A stretch of DNA of 64,000 bases from the human T2T-CHM13v2.0 reference genome, Homo sapiens (GCF_009914755.1 NC_060925.1), one strand, 5' to 3'; positions 22,695 through 45,112 are shown, numbered from the stretch's first letter. Notes: generated by a model from the letters alone, not told the origin. Translations and numbers: made by a program.

Positions 22695-23624
22695 CAATAA
22701 AGCTTTTTTAAAAAGTTAGATGCAGAGAGAAGAAAATATCAGAAAAACTATGATTAATATCCTCTAAGGTATAGGAGGAGATATTGCATTCAGGAAACAA
22801 GAACAGGATGCTATTGTTAAAAAAGGAACACCTGGGGACATAAAAAGAGCTCTTAGATATTGAAAACTCCAGCAGAAACAAAGAATTATACAATAAAGTT
22901 CAAGAACTTTCCCAGGGGAGCCAGGATGATGTTGAAGGGAGATCTCAAGGTGACATTTGTAGAGTGGACCTAGAGATCAACCAGTGCAGATTGGAGCTAT
23001 CCAAGGAAGAGGGTTCTCTAAGTCATTAAAATTGATGGGATACCTAGTGCGTTTGAACTTTTAAGAGGATTCCTAGGTAAAGAAGTAGGGCTAGATTGTT
23101 CCTAAGTACTTAGAAAACTAAGCAAGCAATAACAAAAATAGATATTTAACAATAGAGGAAATAACGTTTTGCAGAAAAGGAAAGGTAATTAAAGTATACC
23201 ATATGGCTCAGCTGTTAATAAAACTTAAAAGAGTTATTAGTACCATAAATGGTGAATTTTTATTATAGCAAAGTTATGATGAAGTTATACTGACTGGACT
23301 GGGGATGGAAAATGTGTTTGCCGTAGAGGCTAGGAGGAATGGGAAGGTGTGTGTGAAAGATAATTAAATGGACATCTTCCATAAAAGTCAATAAGTAATG
23401 CCTAAAATTGAAAAAAGAAAAAAACAAGAAATAGCAATATAAACATGTTACATAGCAACATGCAGGTAATACCCAAAACAATCAGTTCAGATATGAAATG
23501 GCTGGAAGAACATGAAAGATCAGTAGAAGTTGGGGCTGACTGGGTGAACTGGTGTTTGGGGAACAAAACTTACAGATCTCTTAATACTGTGGGCAAGGAA
23601 GCTTTGATGAAAATAAAAAAAATA

Positions 23625-23937
23625 GGCCAGGTGCAGTGGCTCACGCCTGTAATCCCAACACTTTGGGAGGCAAAAGGCAGGTGGATTGCTTGAGGTCAGG
23701 AGTTTGAGACCAGCCTGGGTAACATGGTGAAACCCCATCTCTACTAAAAATACAAAAATTAGCCAGGCTTGGTGGCACAGGCTTGTGATCCCAGCTACTT
23801 GAGAGGCTGAAACACAAAAATAGCTTGAACCCGGGAGGCAGAGTTTGCAGTGAGCCAAGATCAGGCCACCGCACTTCAGCCTGGGCAACAGAACGAGACG
23901 CTGCCTCCAAATAAATAAATAAATAAATAAATAAAAA
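23625..23937 (+). mobile_element. Alu (S-like) with (AAAT)n tail
   Basis: Dimeric Alu. Confidence 0.93.
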
Positions 23938-24999
23938 TTTAAAATAAAATTACATGAAATTAAAAATTGAACCTAGAGAAGAAAAAAGAAATACTGGTCC
24001 GTATTAGGAAAACACAGGGACATTTCTGCCTTCAAGACATCTGGCTCTGGTTGTTCTTAAGAAGCCAAAGAGATGTATATTTCTATTAAATTATGTACAT
24101 CAAGGGTGATTTTAATAAAAAGATCCAGTAACAGAAAATTACTAATGTCCTCATTTCTGAAATGATGTTCAGGAAACTTCCATTTCATGAGCAGGTGAAG
24201 AAGAGGAACCCACAAAGGAGATAAAATCTGAGTTTTAGGTTCCCCTCTGCAAGGTAGGAAAATAGACACTCACTTTATGATATTGCCAAAAGGATTTCCT
24301 TCTTTGCCAAGTTTTAAGTTCCCAAATTTTATCTTCTTTACCTCGTTTTAGAAGAGAATGAGAGAAAGAAAAGGCAATGAATGGCAGTGTACTGGTGCCT
24401 GGTGAGACATTCTCCTTTTTAACTAAGCAGTATTCCTTTCTGCTTTTTCTTTCCTCAAATCCAAATCCTTGGAGATAGGAATCCAGCACTAATAACTTTC
24501 AAGCCCCCTAGGGGAGTCTAATTAACTGTTAGGGTTGAGACCACTGCATCAATGGAAGTCAGGATTCTGAAGCCAACAAGTTTGACTACCAAAATAAATC
24601 AAATATTTTCTGTCATCTTGCCTTTTTTGCCTTTTATACAAAATGTTTACAAACCTGTGATCATATACAGATAACAATTTCATACCCAGATATTCATTTT
24701 CAACAGGTATACAATTATTTCATTATGTATCATATGAGAATTAATTTGTTCTAAGGGAAAAGTTCCAGGTGTAACACTTCTAGCTCTGTGTTCATGTACA
24801 TGAAAACTGAGGTTCACAAGAATTAAATGACTTACAAATAAAATGAATATCATACCTTAGGAATCTCGAGATATGAGAATGAATACTCTCATATCTCAGG
24901 AAAGGAATAGTCACAGGAATCTAAGAATTAAGTGAAACAATCTGTCTAAAAATACCAATTTAAAAATAGCATTCATATAAGATGGATTATTCCATTAGA

Positions 25000-25490
25000 A
25001 CAGTGATTTTCAGCCAGGTGTGGTGGCTCATGCCTGTAATTCCAGCACTTTGGGAGGCCAAGCTGAGAATCCCTTGAGGCTAGGAGTTCAAGACCAGCCT
25101 GAGCAACATCACTAGACCCTGTCTCAAAAAAATTTTTTTAATTAGCCAGGTGTGGTGACATTTGCCTGTAGTTCTAGCTACTCAGAAGCCTGAGGCTAGA
25201 GGATTGCTTGAGCCCAGTAGTTAAAGGTTACAGTAAGCTATGATCACACCACTGCACTCCAACCTGGGTGACAGAGCAAGACCCTATCTCTATTAATAAA
25301 ACAAAATTAATAAATTGCCTCTCTGGAGAGATTTACCAATATCTGGAGACAATTTTAATTGTCACAGCAGAAGAGTGCTACTTGCCTCTAGTGTGTTGCT
25401 AAACATCCTATACAGCATAGGACAGGTCCTCACAGTAAAAAATTATTGCAGCCCAAAATGCCAACAGTATTGAGGTTGAGAAACCCTGTA
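25000..25490. mobile_element. MER20-like hAT element interrupted by a sense Alu (25013-25305)
   Basis: atatctggagacaatttt...gctaaacatcctatacagc...cccaaaatgccaacagtattgaggttgagaaaccctg. Confidence 0.75.
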
Positions 25491-25866
25491 CTAGAATACA
25501 TTAATATTTAAAACACAAAATAAGTGACTTTTATATCTCAGTATTACCTTTATAATCTCCAAAATTACTTCTATCTTTCAGTAAAATGAATATTCACCAC
25601 ATTAATAATTGGCTGAATAATTGGTTATATTGAAAGCAAAAAGACATGGCTTTGAAGCAGCAGCGAGAGTTTAAGCTTGGTTTAAAGCATCAAAAGGGCC
25701 ACTACTCTTTTTGAGAAGTTTCCTGGTTAGAATTTACTAAAACCTAATATATTTTTCTTTACATGGGGCCCTAAGACTCATCCTATTCTTGGATGCATTA
25801 CTAAGGTACTCACTCTCATTCAACCACTACCTAATGACATGACATAAATGACTCAGAATGCCCTTA

Positions 25867-26511
25867 TGATAGAGGCAGGAGGCAGACAAATGCCTAAGCA
25901 GATAGGGACAGGTCCTCAGTGAAACCCTACCTCCAAGCAGAAGACAGTTTAAAGCCTGAAAACCAAGCTACAAGTCAAATCCATGGACCAGATTGAGAAC
26001 CTGTCTTCCCATTTGACATGCTTTTCTCTGATCCCCAAGCTTCACCTACTTTACATATACCTACCCTTTCCTAATTGGTTTTCTACACTGCCATGCCCAC
26101 CTTTGAGTGGTGCCTTTCTTTGCATACTCACAAACCAATCAGCACACACTCCCTTATTTTGAGCCCATAAAAGCCCTGGACTCAGCCACACTGGGAGAGA
26201 AACCACCTGACTGCAAGGATGGGGGACCACCCCCATTGTCCCCTCCCCACTGAAAGCTTTTCCATCACTCAATAAAATTCTTGTTCACCCTCTTCACCCT
26301 TCAAATTGTCAGTGTATCCTCATTCTTCTTGGATGCAGGAGAAGAGCTCGGGAACTGCCTAATGCGGGTATAAGTCATAACACAAGCAGGCCGAGTGGGC
26401 AGGGTGCCTCCAGCAGCAGGCCCAGGGCCAAGCAAGGCCCAGGCAGTCAGGGGGCAGCACCAGCTGTGGATGTCCTCAGTCAGCAAAGTGGCTGAGAAAA
26501 ATCCTGCAACA
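25867..26511 (+). mobile_element. ERV1-class solo LTR (LTR27/MER61 group, family recalled)
   Basis: TG...CA ends, 4-bp TSD CTTA on both sides, CCAAT box (aaccaatcag), cataaaa TATA-like box, AATAAA at 26271. Confidence 0.88.
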
Positions 26512-26951
26512 CTTAGAAATGGAGTACACTTTACATGGAACACTGGAGGTCAAACTTCTGCCAAATCCATCAAACCATTCAACAGGCCTGTGAGAGCCAC
26601 AGCATCAAACCCAAGACTACTACACAATCTAATGTCTTGACAAAAGTAAGTCAGATGGTGGAAAGGCTACATGCTGTGTGTTAAAGACTGCTTCCTGATC
26701 TAACATGTTTAAAATTCCAAAAATTGTTCATAGGTGCTATGTTTTATTGACATTTAACTTGGAAATGCATTTACCAGCTGGTTGCCATAACTTCCTTCCT
26801 ACCCTGGAGGCAGAGGTTGTGGTGAGCTAAGATCGCACCATTGCACTCCAGCTGGGCAACAAGAGCGAAACTCCGTCTCAAAAATATATACGTATATTTT
26901 TTTTTCTCAGAAATGAAAATTTCCTTTCCTTTTGGACCAATATTGACCATA

Positions 26952-27277
26952 TTTCTTTTTTTTTTCTTTTTTTTTTTTTTTTTTTGAGACAGGGTCTTGC
27001 TCTGTTGCCTAGGCTGGAGTACAGTGTTGCAATCATAGCTCAATGTAGCCTCAAACTCCTGGGCTCAAGTAATCCTCCTGCCTCAGCCTCCTGAGTAGCT
27101 AGGACTATAGGCACATGCCATCATTTCTAGATAATTTTTTTTTATTTTTTAATTTTTTGTAGAAATGGGGTCTTGCTTTATTGCTCAGGCTGGTCTCAAA
27201 TTCCTAGACTCAAGCGTTTCTCTTGTTTCAGCTTCCCAAATCACTGGGATGATAGGCATGAGCTACTGTGCCCGGCC
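26952..27277 (-). mobile_element. Alu (J-like); a short sense Alu 3' fragment lies at 26802-26885
   Basis: Alu consensus match. Confidence 0.9.
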
Positions 27278-27504
27278 ATGTGGGTGTTTTTGAATAATAA
27301 ATGTAAAGGAACTCCAAATCAAGCATTACTTTTATATTCATGACATTGAGATTTGTGTATAAAAGAAAACAGTTATAGATTATCATACAGATATTTGTTT
27401 CCCATTTCTCCTTAATTGGGGATCTCAGGTCATTATGATTCAAAATTCAAAACATGGGAAAAACAGACAGACTTATCCTTAGAAGTTAAATTGATCTACT
27501 TAAT

Positions 27505-28047
27505 TGTAGAAAAGTGAAGACTTTCCCTCTCTACCCTCTGAGAGTTCAATAACTCAGCCTCTGAAACATACTAACAACAGGCAAATTAATAAGAGAAAAG
27601 GTATATAAATTGATTACATGTGTGGTGGCATCACAGGAAGAAAAGTACCTGAAAAACCGGGAGATTTAGGAGCTTATATACCCTCTACATAGGCGAGAAG
27701 GAAGCCAGGGATGTAGCCAATTTCAGGCAGAGTAAATGATTTTGGGAAAAGATGAATGGCCCTTAGAAGAACAGATGATCGTTTGTGACATTTGTCTAAG
27801 TGTGGTGTGGGCTTCTAGTCTCTTCTCTTGTGATTGAGATAAGCTTCACTGGTGGATGAAACTCCTGGAAGAGTTTCACTGATGGAAAATTGATGACAAA
27901 TTGAGTTCCTTTGCGGTATCTATCTTTAGACAGATAAGGGGAGTTCAGAGAAAGCGTCTCCCTGCATATACTGTTTTCAAGTGTCTTCAGCTCAAAGTAT
28001 TACACCAAAGCACCATATTTTGGGGCGGCATTTCCTGAACCCCTTCA
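27505..28047 (-). mobile_element. ERV1 LTR, MER34-group
   Basis: Reverse complement begins tgaaggggttcaggaaatgccgccccaaaatatgg; same family as 47347-48201. Confidence 0.7.
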
Positions 28048-28361
28048 TAAAGAATTGGAGAAGATTGAGAAAATAGAGAGCAGAGTTTCTGTGGAGTTAG
28101 ATGCTAAGGGTAATCAGGCTGGGTTCACTTCACCCCACCCAGCCGCCCCGATTAGATGAATGTTTTTGTCTTCTCTCAATTCTCTGAGTCTTGCTGTCTA
28201 GGATCAGCCTTCAGAACAAGTGTTCAGTAATATTTCTCTGAAAGAAAATGAAAGTCACAGGTCATGGTCAAACTTCCATTTAACTCTAACCTTTAGCAAG
28301 AGATGCAACCAAAAAAAAAGCTGATAATTCAGTTTAAGTCCCTTTAAAATAACCTTGCACA

Positions 28362-33240
<4,879 letters not shown>

Positions 33241-33371
33241 TTCAGGCCAGGCTCAGTGGCTCACACTGTAATCCCAACACTTTGGGAGGCTGAGATAGGA
33301 GGAAGAATAAATAATATGAACAACCAATGGAGTAAGATTCCTGTGGATGAGGTTGTAGAAGGGTGTAGCAT

Positions 33372-34439
33372 AATAACCACAGGACCAGCCAAACTGGTAA
33401 CAAATGTCAAGTTGCCTTTTAGGTATAACAAAACCAAAAACTGCAAGTCATGCAGCCCAGGCATATGTTGGGAGAAAAGCTGAGTGTTGGCAGAAGCTGA
33501 GGCAGGGCTTGCATGTCTGACATAATGTAAAAGAGTCTTGGAATATGTCCAGGGTCCAGGATCTAAAACCTCTTGTGGCCTTTGCAACAACAAGCTCGGT
33601 GCTAAAGGGTGGAAGGCTACCCTGATGCGCCATAATCTAAGCCCAGGGCATAAAACCCCTTGTGGCTTGGATAGAACCCCGGGCTTGCGACTCTGGAATG
33701 TGTCTAGACTTGCTGGCTCCTTGCTCCTTGCTCTCCCGGGATCGATTATATCTTGATTTAAAAGAACCTGCTCTCCATTATCTCAAGTAGCAGAGCAGAT
33801 GCTAAACCGTCACAGCTGTAAATCATGTGCTTTAATGCAACACTCCCTTTTGACTCCCACATTCTCACCACCTGTTTCTTTGATCACCAATAAATAGTCT
33901 GGGCTTCCAGAGCTAGGGCCTTCGCAGCCTCCACACTCGCGATGATCCCCTGGACCCACTTTCTCTCTCAAACTGTCTTTTTCTCATTCCTTTGACTCCG
34001 CCGGACTTCATCACGCCCACAACCTGGTGTTGGGTCTGATCACCCCAACAAGCATACACAACAGAAAAAGCTTTGACCTTTAACAACACCTGGAACCAAC
34101 TATTCCTCCCCTCAAAACATGCCTGCAATCCGAAGGATTTTCAGAAGTGAGGGCTCTGCTGACCTGGAAGATCTGGGGCTAAAATCTGCCTCAACATGCT
34201 TTACTGTAAATGGTCAAATTTGAAGCTCCCCAGTCGAATCCTGCCAAGCCAACATTCCCAAATCCTGTCTCTTTTCCTCTGATCTCATAAAACTTGCCGC
34301 AGACTCCAAACTGGGGGACAGATTTGAGCCTGTCTTTTTGCTGCCAGTTCTACAATAAAGCCTTTCTTTTCTCAAAAGCTGGTGCCATAGTTATCAGCTT
34401 CTGTGAGCATCAAGCAGTGAGCCCATTTGCTCCATAACA
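33372..34439 (+). mobile_element. Old ERVL-type LTR (MER73/MER74/MER54 group, tentative) hosting an ERVK LTR
   Basis: Sequence resumes across the inserted LTR; AATAAA then ...cccatttgctccataaca end. Confidence 0.5.
33466..34050 (+). mobile_element. ERVK-class solo LTR (LTR14A/B-like, HML-1; family recalled)
   Basis: TGTTGGGAGAAAAGCTGAG...TGATCACCCCAACA; 6-bp TSD ggcata/agcata; cataaaa box and AATAAA at 33889. Confidence 0.85.
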
Positions 34440-34559
34440 GATCATACCATATAGAGGTAATAACCACTGAGAAAGGAGATAAAGTACAGAGCAGTGAGGA
34501 TGCACAATGCATGAGTTAATGAAGGGTGTTGTTTTAAGCCTCCACATCCACAAATACAC

Positions 34560-35168
34560 TCATAGTCTCACAGGATGAAAGCAGGGTGTTGGTCAGGCTA
34601 TAGTTCTCAAATAGGACTTGAGGAAATTTTCCAAACCCATTCAGATTGTTAGCAAAATTCAGTTCGTAGCAGCTAAAGGGCTAAGGCCCCCAGTCCCTGG
34701 CTGGCAATCAAGCAAGGGCCACTCTCAGCTCCTAGGCCTTCTGCGGTTTCTTGCTATATGACCCCCCATACACAATTTACACCATAGATGTTTGCTTTCT
34801 TTCAGGCCACCCAGAGCATGTCTCTCTTATCTCCTCTTTGATTAGCCAGGGAAAAGTCTCTGCTTTTAAAGGGCTCACCTGATTAGATTAGGCCCAGCAA
34901 GGACATTTTTCTATTATTTTGTTGGGTTTTTTGTTTGTTTGTTTGTTCATTGTTTGTTGAGACAAGGTAATGCTATACTGCCCAGGCTGTTCTCACATTC
35001 CTGGGCTCAAGGGATCCTCCTGCCTCAGCCTCCCAAGTAGCTGGGATGACAGGTGTACACCACCATGCCTGGCTAGAAAAGATGGAATCAGTGTTACTGA
35101 TTTCTCTTCACTATCTTAAAGTCAACCAAAAGGGACCTTAAACAGATCTGCAAAATCCCTTTTGCTAT
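34560..35168 (-). mobile_element. MLT1-type MaLR LTR with an Alu monomer inside (34925-35074)
   Basis: ctctgcttttaaagggctcacctgattagattaggccc...atctgcaaaatcccttttgc. Confidence 0.65.
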
Positions 35169-35725
35169 TGTGAAAAACAAAAATTGGACAAGTAAGGGTA
35201 TTAATTTTAATTTTACTCAGGCTATTGCAATGGTAGAGCATCCCCAATTCAAAGATCAGCGTATCTCAGCAGGTGATTTTGCCTTAGAGTTTCAGAAAGA
35301 ATGGTAATCAAATTTCAGGTGAAGTGATTTACAGTAGAGTGTTTTTGCAAGCAGGGGTAATATCAGTTGGTTGGCTGAACAGAAAGTGTTTTTCTCTGTA
35401 TTAGCTAGTTTTTCCAGGGGACAAACGATTCTAATTTCAGTAATCATGAGCCAAGGAACAAGAAGTTGAGGATCTGTGTTTGGCCTTGTCAGCAAATTCA
35501 TGCAAGAGGGGAAAGTTCTCTGTTTGTTCCTGACACAGGTAAATGGTGGAGTTATCCTCAACTGTTATGGGAGTCATGAGAAAAAGTGGAAAGTGAGTCC
35601 TATCTAAGTCATATGAAGAAAGATGGTTATTTGCAGAAAGTCCTTTCCTGGAATGCCAAGGTTGGAGGGATTTCTTAACTGTTGCTGTTCTCCAAGAGCA
35701 CACGACTCAGGTAAAGTTTAACATG
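35169..35725 (-). mobile_element. ERV1 LTR, MER67-like
   Basis: Reverse complement begins tgttaaactttacctgagtcgtgtgctcttggagaacagc. Confidence 0.7.
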
Positions 35726-36199
35726 GTTAGCCTTTTGTTCGACACTGAACAACTCAGGTGAGAATAAACGTGGGTGGGACCAAGCAAGGGCTAAGAAACA
35801 ATCTCTTGAGAACCCTCACTGGTGCTGTTCCTGTAAAAATCAATTGAATTACCTATTGAGAGGTGGTTAAAAAGAAATCAGCTGTTTCAAAGTCCTGGAC
35901 ATCAAGCATCTTAAAAAGGATGCCTAAAATGAAAAAGAGAAATATTAATATGAAAAGCTGTATTAAAGTAATAGCTTCAGAAGTTAAATCTGAGGGTAAC
36001 CAATCCAGTGGATTCCAAGAGGTTGGTAAAACTCACTGAGTTTCTTGAGGCTAAAATGTTGATGCTCTTGGTGATGTCCACAGTCTTAGCTACCTTTCAT
36101 GTAAAGGCATGCATAACCAGTGTTTTGTCAAACTTCTTTACTGGCCCTGACAGTCACTTGTCCAGAAAGAAATTCATACTGGCCAGGTGCAGTGGCTCA

Positions 36200-36513
<314 letters not shown>

Positions 36514-37793
36514 CTATGGTGATGAGTCCTGGAGTCCTTCAAGATTTGTAGGAAGTCATTGGTCTTTAGCTCACAGAACTTCTTAAAATTCCAAAGAAAA
36601 AGACCCAGCGCAGCACCTGAAAAGGATTTAACTGGTCAAGTTTTAGTTCTTGGTGATGCTGAGTCACACAGAAGGGAGACAATTTGGAAAACTTTGTTTA
36701 GAGCGTTGTAGCCAGATATTGAAGAACACTGGAAGAATTAAGCATTGGGTAATTGTTGATAATTTGTGCAAGGTAACAGGATCCAGTCCAAATTACAGGC
36801 ATGTACCCAAACTGATTTTTTCACAAAAAGTATATAAAGTATGGGGGAAGAAAGTAACTTAAATCTCTACCAGAGAAAACAGAGTTTGCATATCCATCAA
36901 TTACCTGCAATTTACAAGGAGTGCAACTAACTCAAAGGAAATGAACAGGGCTAGAGTCTGGTAACACTGTTGCAACTCAGGACTATAGTCGGAAAGAAGG
37001 GGTATAGTGCTATAGTTTTCCATTGAAACAGAAAATATCTCTCCAGTCACTCCCCTTTTAATCAAAGATGATCTTGAAGATTATCCTTGAACACAAAATA
37101 AAGACGGTCAGATTAGATTTGACCTGATTATTTACATAGGTGCTACAAAAATTGTAATGTACCAGAGTCCTTCTTAAATGTGCTTTGCTGAAAGTTTAGT
37201 AAGAAATGTCACATTAAACTTTTAAAAACTTTTTGAGCTAGGAAGCCAAGCCAAGAATTCACCATCACATTTCACCTATAATACCTAAAAATTTGGGTAA
37301 ATTCCTCACTTCTCAAAGTCCATAAAATATCCTAATGTTCACAGTCCTGCCAGGAAATGACAATCTTTATTCATTCTGTAAACCAGATAAGACTCCAGTT
37401 TTCCTAGGTATGCTTTGTAAGCTTTACCTCCACAAAATTAACCATAGTTCCTTAAAAGTGTCAGATCATATCTGATTAAGTAATCATTCTAAAATATAAC
37501 ATTTCAAGGAAGACATTTGTTGTATAACCAATATTTGCAATTAAATCCTGTTAACAAGGAAGACAGACTCATTGAAATTGTAAAAATAACTATATTGCAA
37601 TGAAAATAAAAATAGTAAGCTCAGATGTGGTGGCTCACACCTGTAATCCCAGCACTTTGGGAGGCCGAGGTGGGCAGATCACTTGAGACCAGGAGTTCAA
37701 GACCAGCCTGGCCAACATGGCGAAGCCCCATCTCTACTAAAAATAAAAAATTAGCCAGGCATGGTGGCGCATACCTGTAATCCCAGCTACTCA

Positions 37794-37991
<198 letters not shown>

Positions 37992-38417
37992 TTACAAAAG
38001 TGTAATTTAATCAATTATTATGAGTGACAGATAGCTTAAGAGGAGAGAGAAACGCATTCCTTATGTTCAGAAAATATAACATTAAACATCAACAATATTC
38101 CAGATGAAAGCCGCAATTATCCATCAGCTTATCCAGTCCTATGTAAGTAATTCTTGTTCCACTCAGTCTTGAGTTAGCAGTCTCAGAAATCTATCTGCTT
38201 CTGAACCACAGTTCTGGAAATTCTGACTCAGTCCACTGGTATAAATTCAGAATTGTTTATGTAATGCCATCAGAAGAGCCTGTGCCCAGGAGTACCTGGA
38301 CACAGGGTTCCTTTTTCACAGGGCTCTGAAAGAGTCCATCTTTGTTGATTCACTCTGGCCACAGCTATTCCAAGTGCTTCACAGAAGCATCAGAGTAAAA
38401 CAAAAAACTGTCTATAG

Positions 38418-38675
<258 letters not shown>

Positions 38676-40124
38676 TGAACTCCTGGGCTCAAGCGATCCA
38701 CCCACCTTGGCCTCCAAAAGTACTGGGATTACATGCGTGAGCCACCGGGCCCAGCTGATGACAAAAGGCTTTAAATGGCTAGTAATAGTTATTACTAATA
38801 ACTTTCCAAAGTAAAAGATCTGATGAGAGTTTATTACAAGAATAATGCAACTGGCAAAAAATGTTTCCATGGCATGCAAAATGAAATGTCAACCCAAAAA
38901 AGTTTTAGATAAAATATCTATAAACATAATGATTAATCCTATTTTCAAAGAAGAGTAGATAATACATCTACATTTTGAAAATAAGTGAATGTAATCTTCA
39001 CAGAGGAAAAAATATTCAAATATAACATATAATAATCCTGAGACACAATATACCATGGATATACTAAACATATAGTTAGACTACACCGAGAATATATCAA
39101 GTTTATCAAGGAAAGAGACTCAGAAAATCTCGAGTAGATCCTAAACATCTGAATTTGATAAATCTTCGTAGGTTAATGATATGAATCCCCAGTTGAAAAC
39201 CTCTGGACAAGAGGATGCTAGATTCAAATTAAAGTTGCAACTAACTTAACACTTTAAAAAATAACTCAAAATATGACCAGTGTTATTATACCATTTTTTT
39301 GCCTAATATCTTGGCAAAACAGCACCAAGACTCTGAGAAATGGAAATATAACATGGATAGTGAGGACATTGACAAATCTCTATGAACTTCTTATATAGCA
39401 CACAATTTCTGAAGTATTTATATTAATAGCATTTTACTCATACAAATTTATCACCTCTTCTGATTTGACAACTTTTCCCAAGGAACTCAATAGTAACAAA
39501 TTAAATAAACCTAATTATTTCTAGCACCTCCCTTTTTGTAAGATGAAAAACAAATTCCTTGTGATTTTCCAGAGGCCTTCTGGAAAATCGGTTTTAGGTG
39601 CAAAATATATCATTTAGGACTTTATATTGGGAAGGCAAAATATCAAAAGTTGTCAGGAGGTTTGAACAGTTGATTAAATAGGATCATGGGTTCCTGGGAA
39701 ATAACACTTGGCTACCTATTTAATCATGTGACAGCAAAATGACATTAAAGAATTTTAAAGGTAGGGCACAGTGGCTCACACCTGTAATCTCTACACTTTT
39801 GGAGGCCAAGGCAAAAGGATCACTTGAGGCCAGGAGTTTGAGACCAGCCTGGGCAATATAGCAAGACCCTGTCTCTACAATTTTTTTAAAAAGTTAGATG
39901 GGCATGGTTGTGCACACCTGTAGTCCCAGCTACTTCAGAGGCTGAGGCAGGAGGATGGTTTAAAGCCCAGGCATCTGAGGTTGCAGTGAACTACGATTGC
40001 ATCACTGCACTCCGGCCTGGGCATCAGAGAGACCCTGTTTCTAAAAAAATAAAATAAAATAGGCCGGGTACAGTGGCTCATGCTTGTAACCCTAGCACTT
40101 TGGGAGTCCAAGGCGGGCGGATCA

Positions 40125-40481
<357 letters not shown>

Positions 40482-40594
40482 TTAAATAATCAAGGACATG
40501 ATAAACTCAACATAAAGCACAGGAGATTATTTTGATAAAACACAGAATCTTTGTTGTATAGATAACTCAGAAGGTAAGAAAAATCTCTTACAAC

Positions 40595-42074
<1,480 letters not shown>

Positions 42075-42118
42075 AACATTTTAGTAACACAGCCAATTAA
42101 TCCAAGAAGACTTTGTAA

Positions 42119-42328
<210 letters not shown>

Positions 42329-43009
42329 TGATCTTGAGCTCCTGAGCTCAGGGAATTTGCCCACCTTGGCCTCCCAAAGAGCTAGGATTACAGGCGTGAG
42401 CCACCATGCCCAGCTGACTTTGTAATTTTAACAGAAAGAAAACCAAATTCAAGTTTTATGTAAGTATTATACTTTACACTAAGCCTTTTTCTAATAATCT
42501 TATAAATAAATTCATCAAATGTAGCCAGCTTTGACCACCACAAAATTTCCTTTCTGTGAATCTTCCATGACTTTCTATATCTATTCAGATTTTTTCCTAT
42601 ACTTTACGCCTTCTCATTCTGAAACAAAGTCATTTTACTTCAGCACAAAACTACTTACAAAACTACTTTTTTCCTTAACAAAAATCCATCCCCATATACT
42701 TTGCATAGAAAGTTGCTTTTCTCTGCCTCTATTTGCTCCTAGTAGAGTCTAATTCACATATATTGATTATAACTTGTAATCACAGGACTTATATTTTACA
42801 CAGAAAACTAGGAGGTAAATAATTGCAACTGTTTTTGTAACACATCAGCATTTTTAGCAGACCAGCAAAGCTTATGATTATATATCTTATAACTTTATAG
42901 TGATACACATCCCTAACTCACAAAAATGAGTATATTTATTAACAGATCCAAGTACATAGCCTCTCAGTATTATATCAAAATAAGAGGCAAAAAATGTTAA
43001 AAATATATA

Positions 43010-43702
<693 letters not shown>

Positions 43703-43851
43703 TAAAGTTATACTTTGAAGTTAATGTTTCAGTAGCTTATCTTAGAAATGATCTTGGCCGGGCTCGGTGGCTCACGCCTGTAATCCCAGCACTTTGGGAG
43801 GCCGAGGCAGGAGGATCACCTGAGGTCAAGAGTTCAAGACCATCCTGGTCA

Positions 43852-44016
<165 letters not shown>

Positions 44017-44689
44017 CTACAAGCGCGAACTCTATCTCAAAAAAAAAAAAAAAAAAAAGAAAGAAATGATCTTAATATTTTGTGAATATCCATTAACTAA
44101 TTCAATTTAGCATCAATTCAAGATTTTTAGTTACAAAAAGATCTTAGAAACTATTTCCAAGCTGACATGCTACCAAATATAATTACTGCTGAAATAAGGT
44201 TTGCCAGAATAATGATTTAATTTGATTAAACACAAATTTACAATTTTCATAATCTTAAACATCTAGTAGATCATAATGCTAGCTTACTTTTTTCTTTATT
44301 ATCTTTTTAAAATCCAGATCCTGCACAATGTGCTAGCTTATTTGATCTGTAAACCTGTATAGGTTTAGGAAAAGCATACCCAATTAGAATAAAAATGTAT
44401 GCCTGTATTATACTTAATATAGATAATTCAGAAGACACGCTGTTTTTATTAAACCCACAATATTAAACTAGCCTCATTTGCCAAATATTCACATAAATAA
44501 TGTGAACTTAAATTCTTAAACCATTTAAATTAGTCTCTATAAAAGTACATTTTAACAGCACATTGAAATTATTGGAAGGTCAATCCCCTAAATTTCTGGC
44601 TATTTCAAGTATTATATAAGCCTTATTTATCTCTAAACCAATCTGAATAGAACCCTTTTAAGATATTTTATAATCTAATTTGATCATAC

Positions 44690-45112
44690 TGAGAGTCACA
44701 GGACGCAGACAAATGCCTAGACAAATAGGGGTGGGTCCCCAGTGAAACCCCTCCTCCAAGCCAAGGACCGTTTAAAGCCTGAAAACCAAACTACAAGTCA
44801 AATCTCTCAGCTGAACTGAGAACCTGTCTTCTTATTTGGTGCACTTTCCTCTGATTGATCCCCACCCTTTACCTATTTTACATTTATCTACCCTTTCCTA
44901 ATTGGTTTTCTCCACTGTCATGCCCACCTTTGAGTGGAGTCTTCGTTTTAACCTTTTTTACATACTCACAAACCAATCAGCATGCACTCCCCATTCTGAG
45001 TCCATAAAAAGCCCAGGACCCAGCCACACTAAGAGAGAAAAACCACCTGACTGCAGGGGTGTGGGACCACCCCCCAGCCCCTGCATCCCCTCTCTTCTGA
45101 GAGCTGTTCCAT
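44690..45112 (+). mobile_element. 3'-truncated LTR of the same family as 25867-26511
   Basis: Direct alignment: gcagacaaatgccta, gtttaaagcctgaaaacca, catactcacaaaccaatcagca. Confidence 0.88.
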
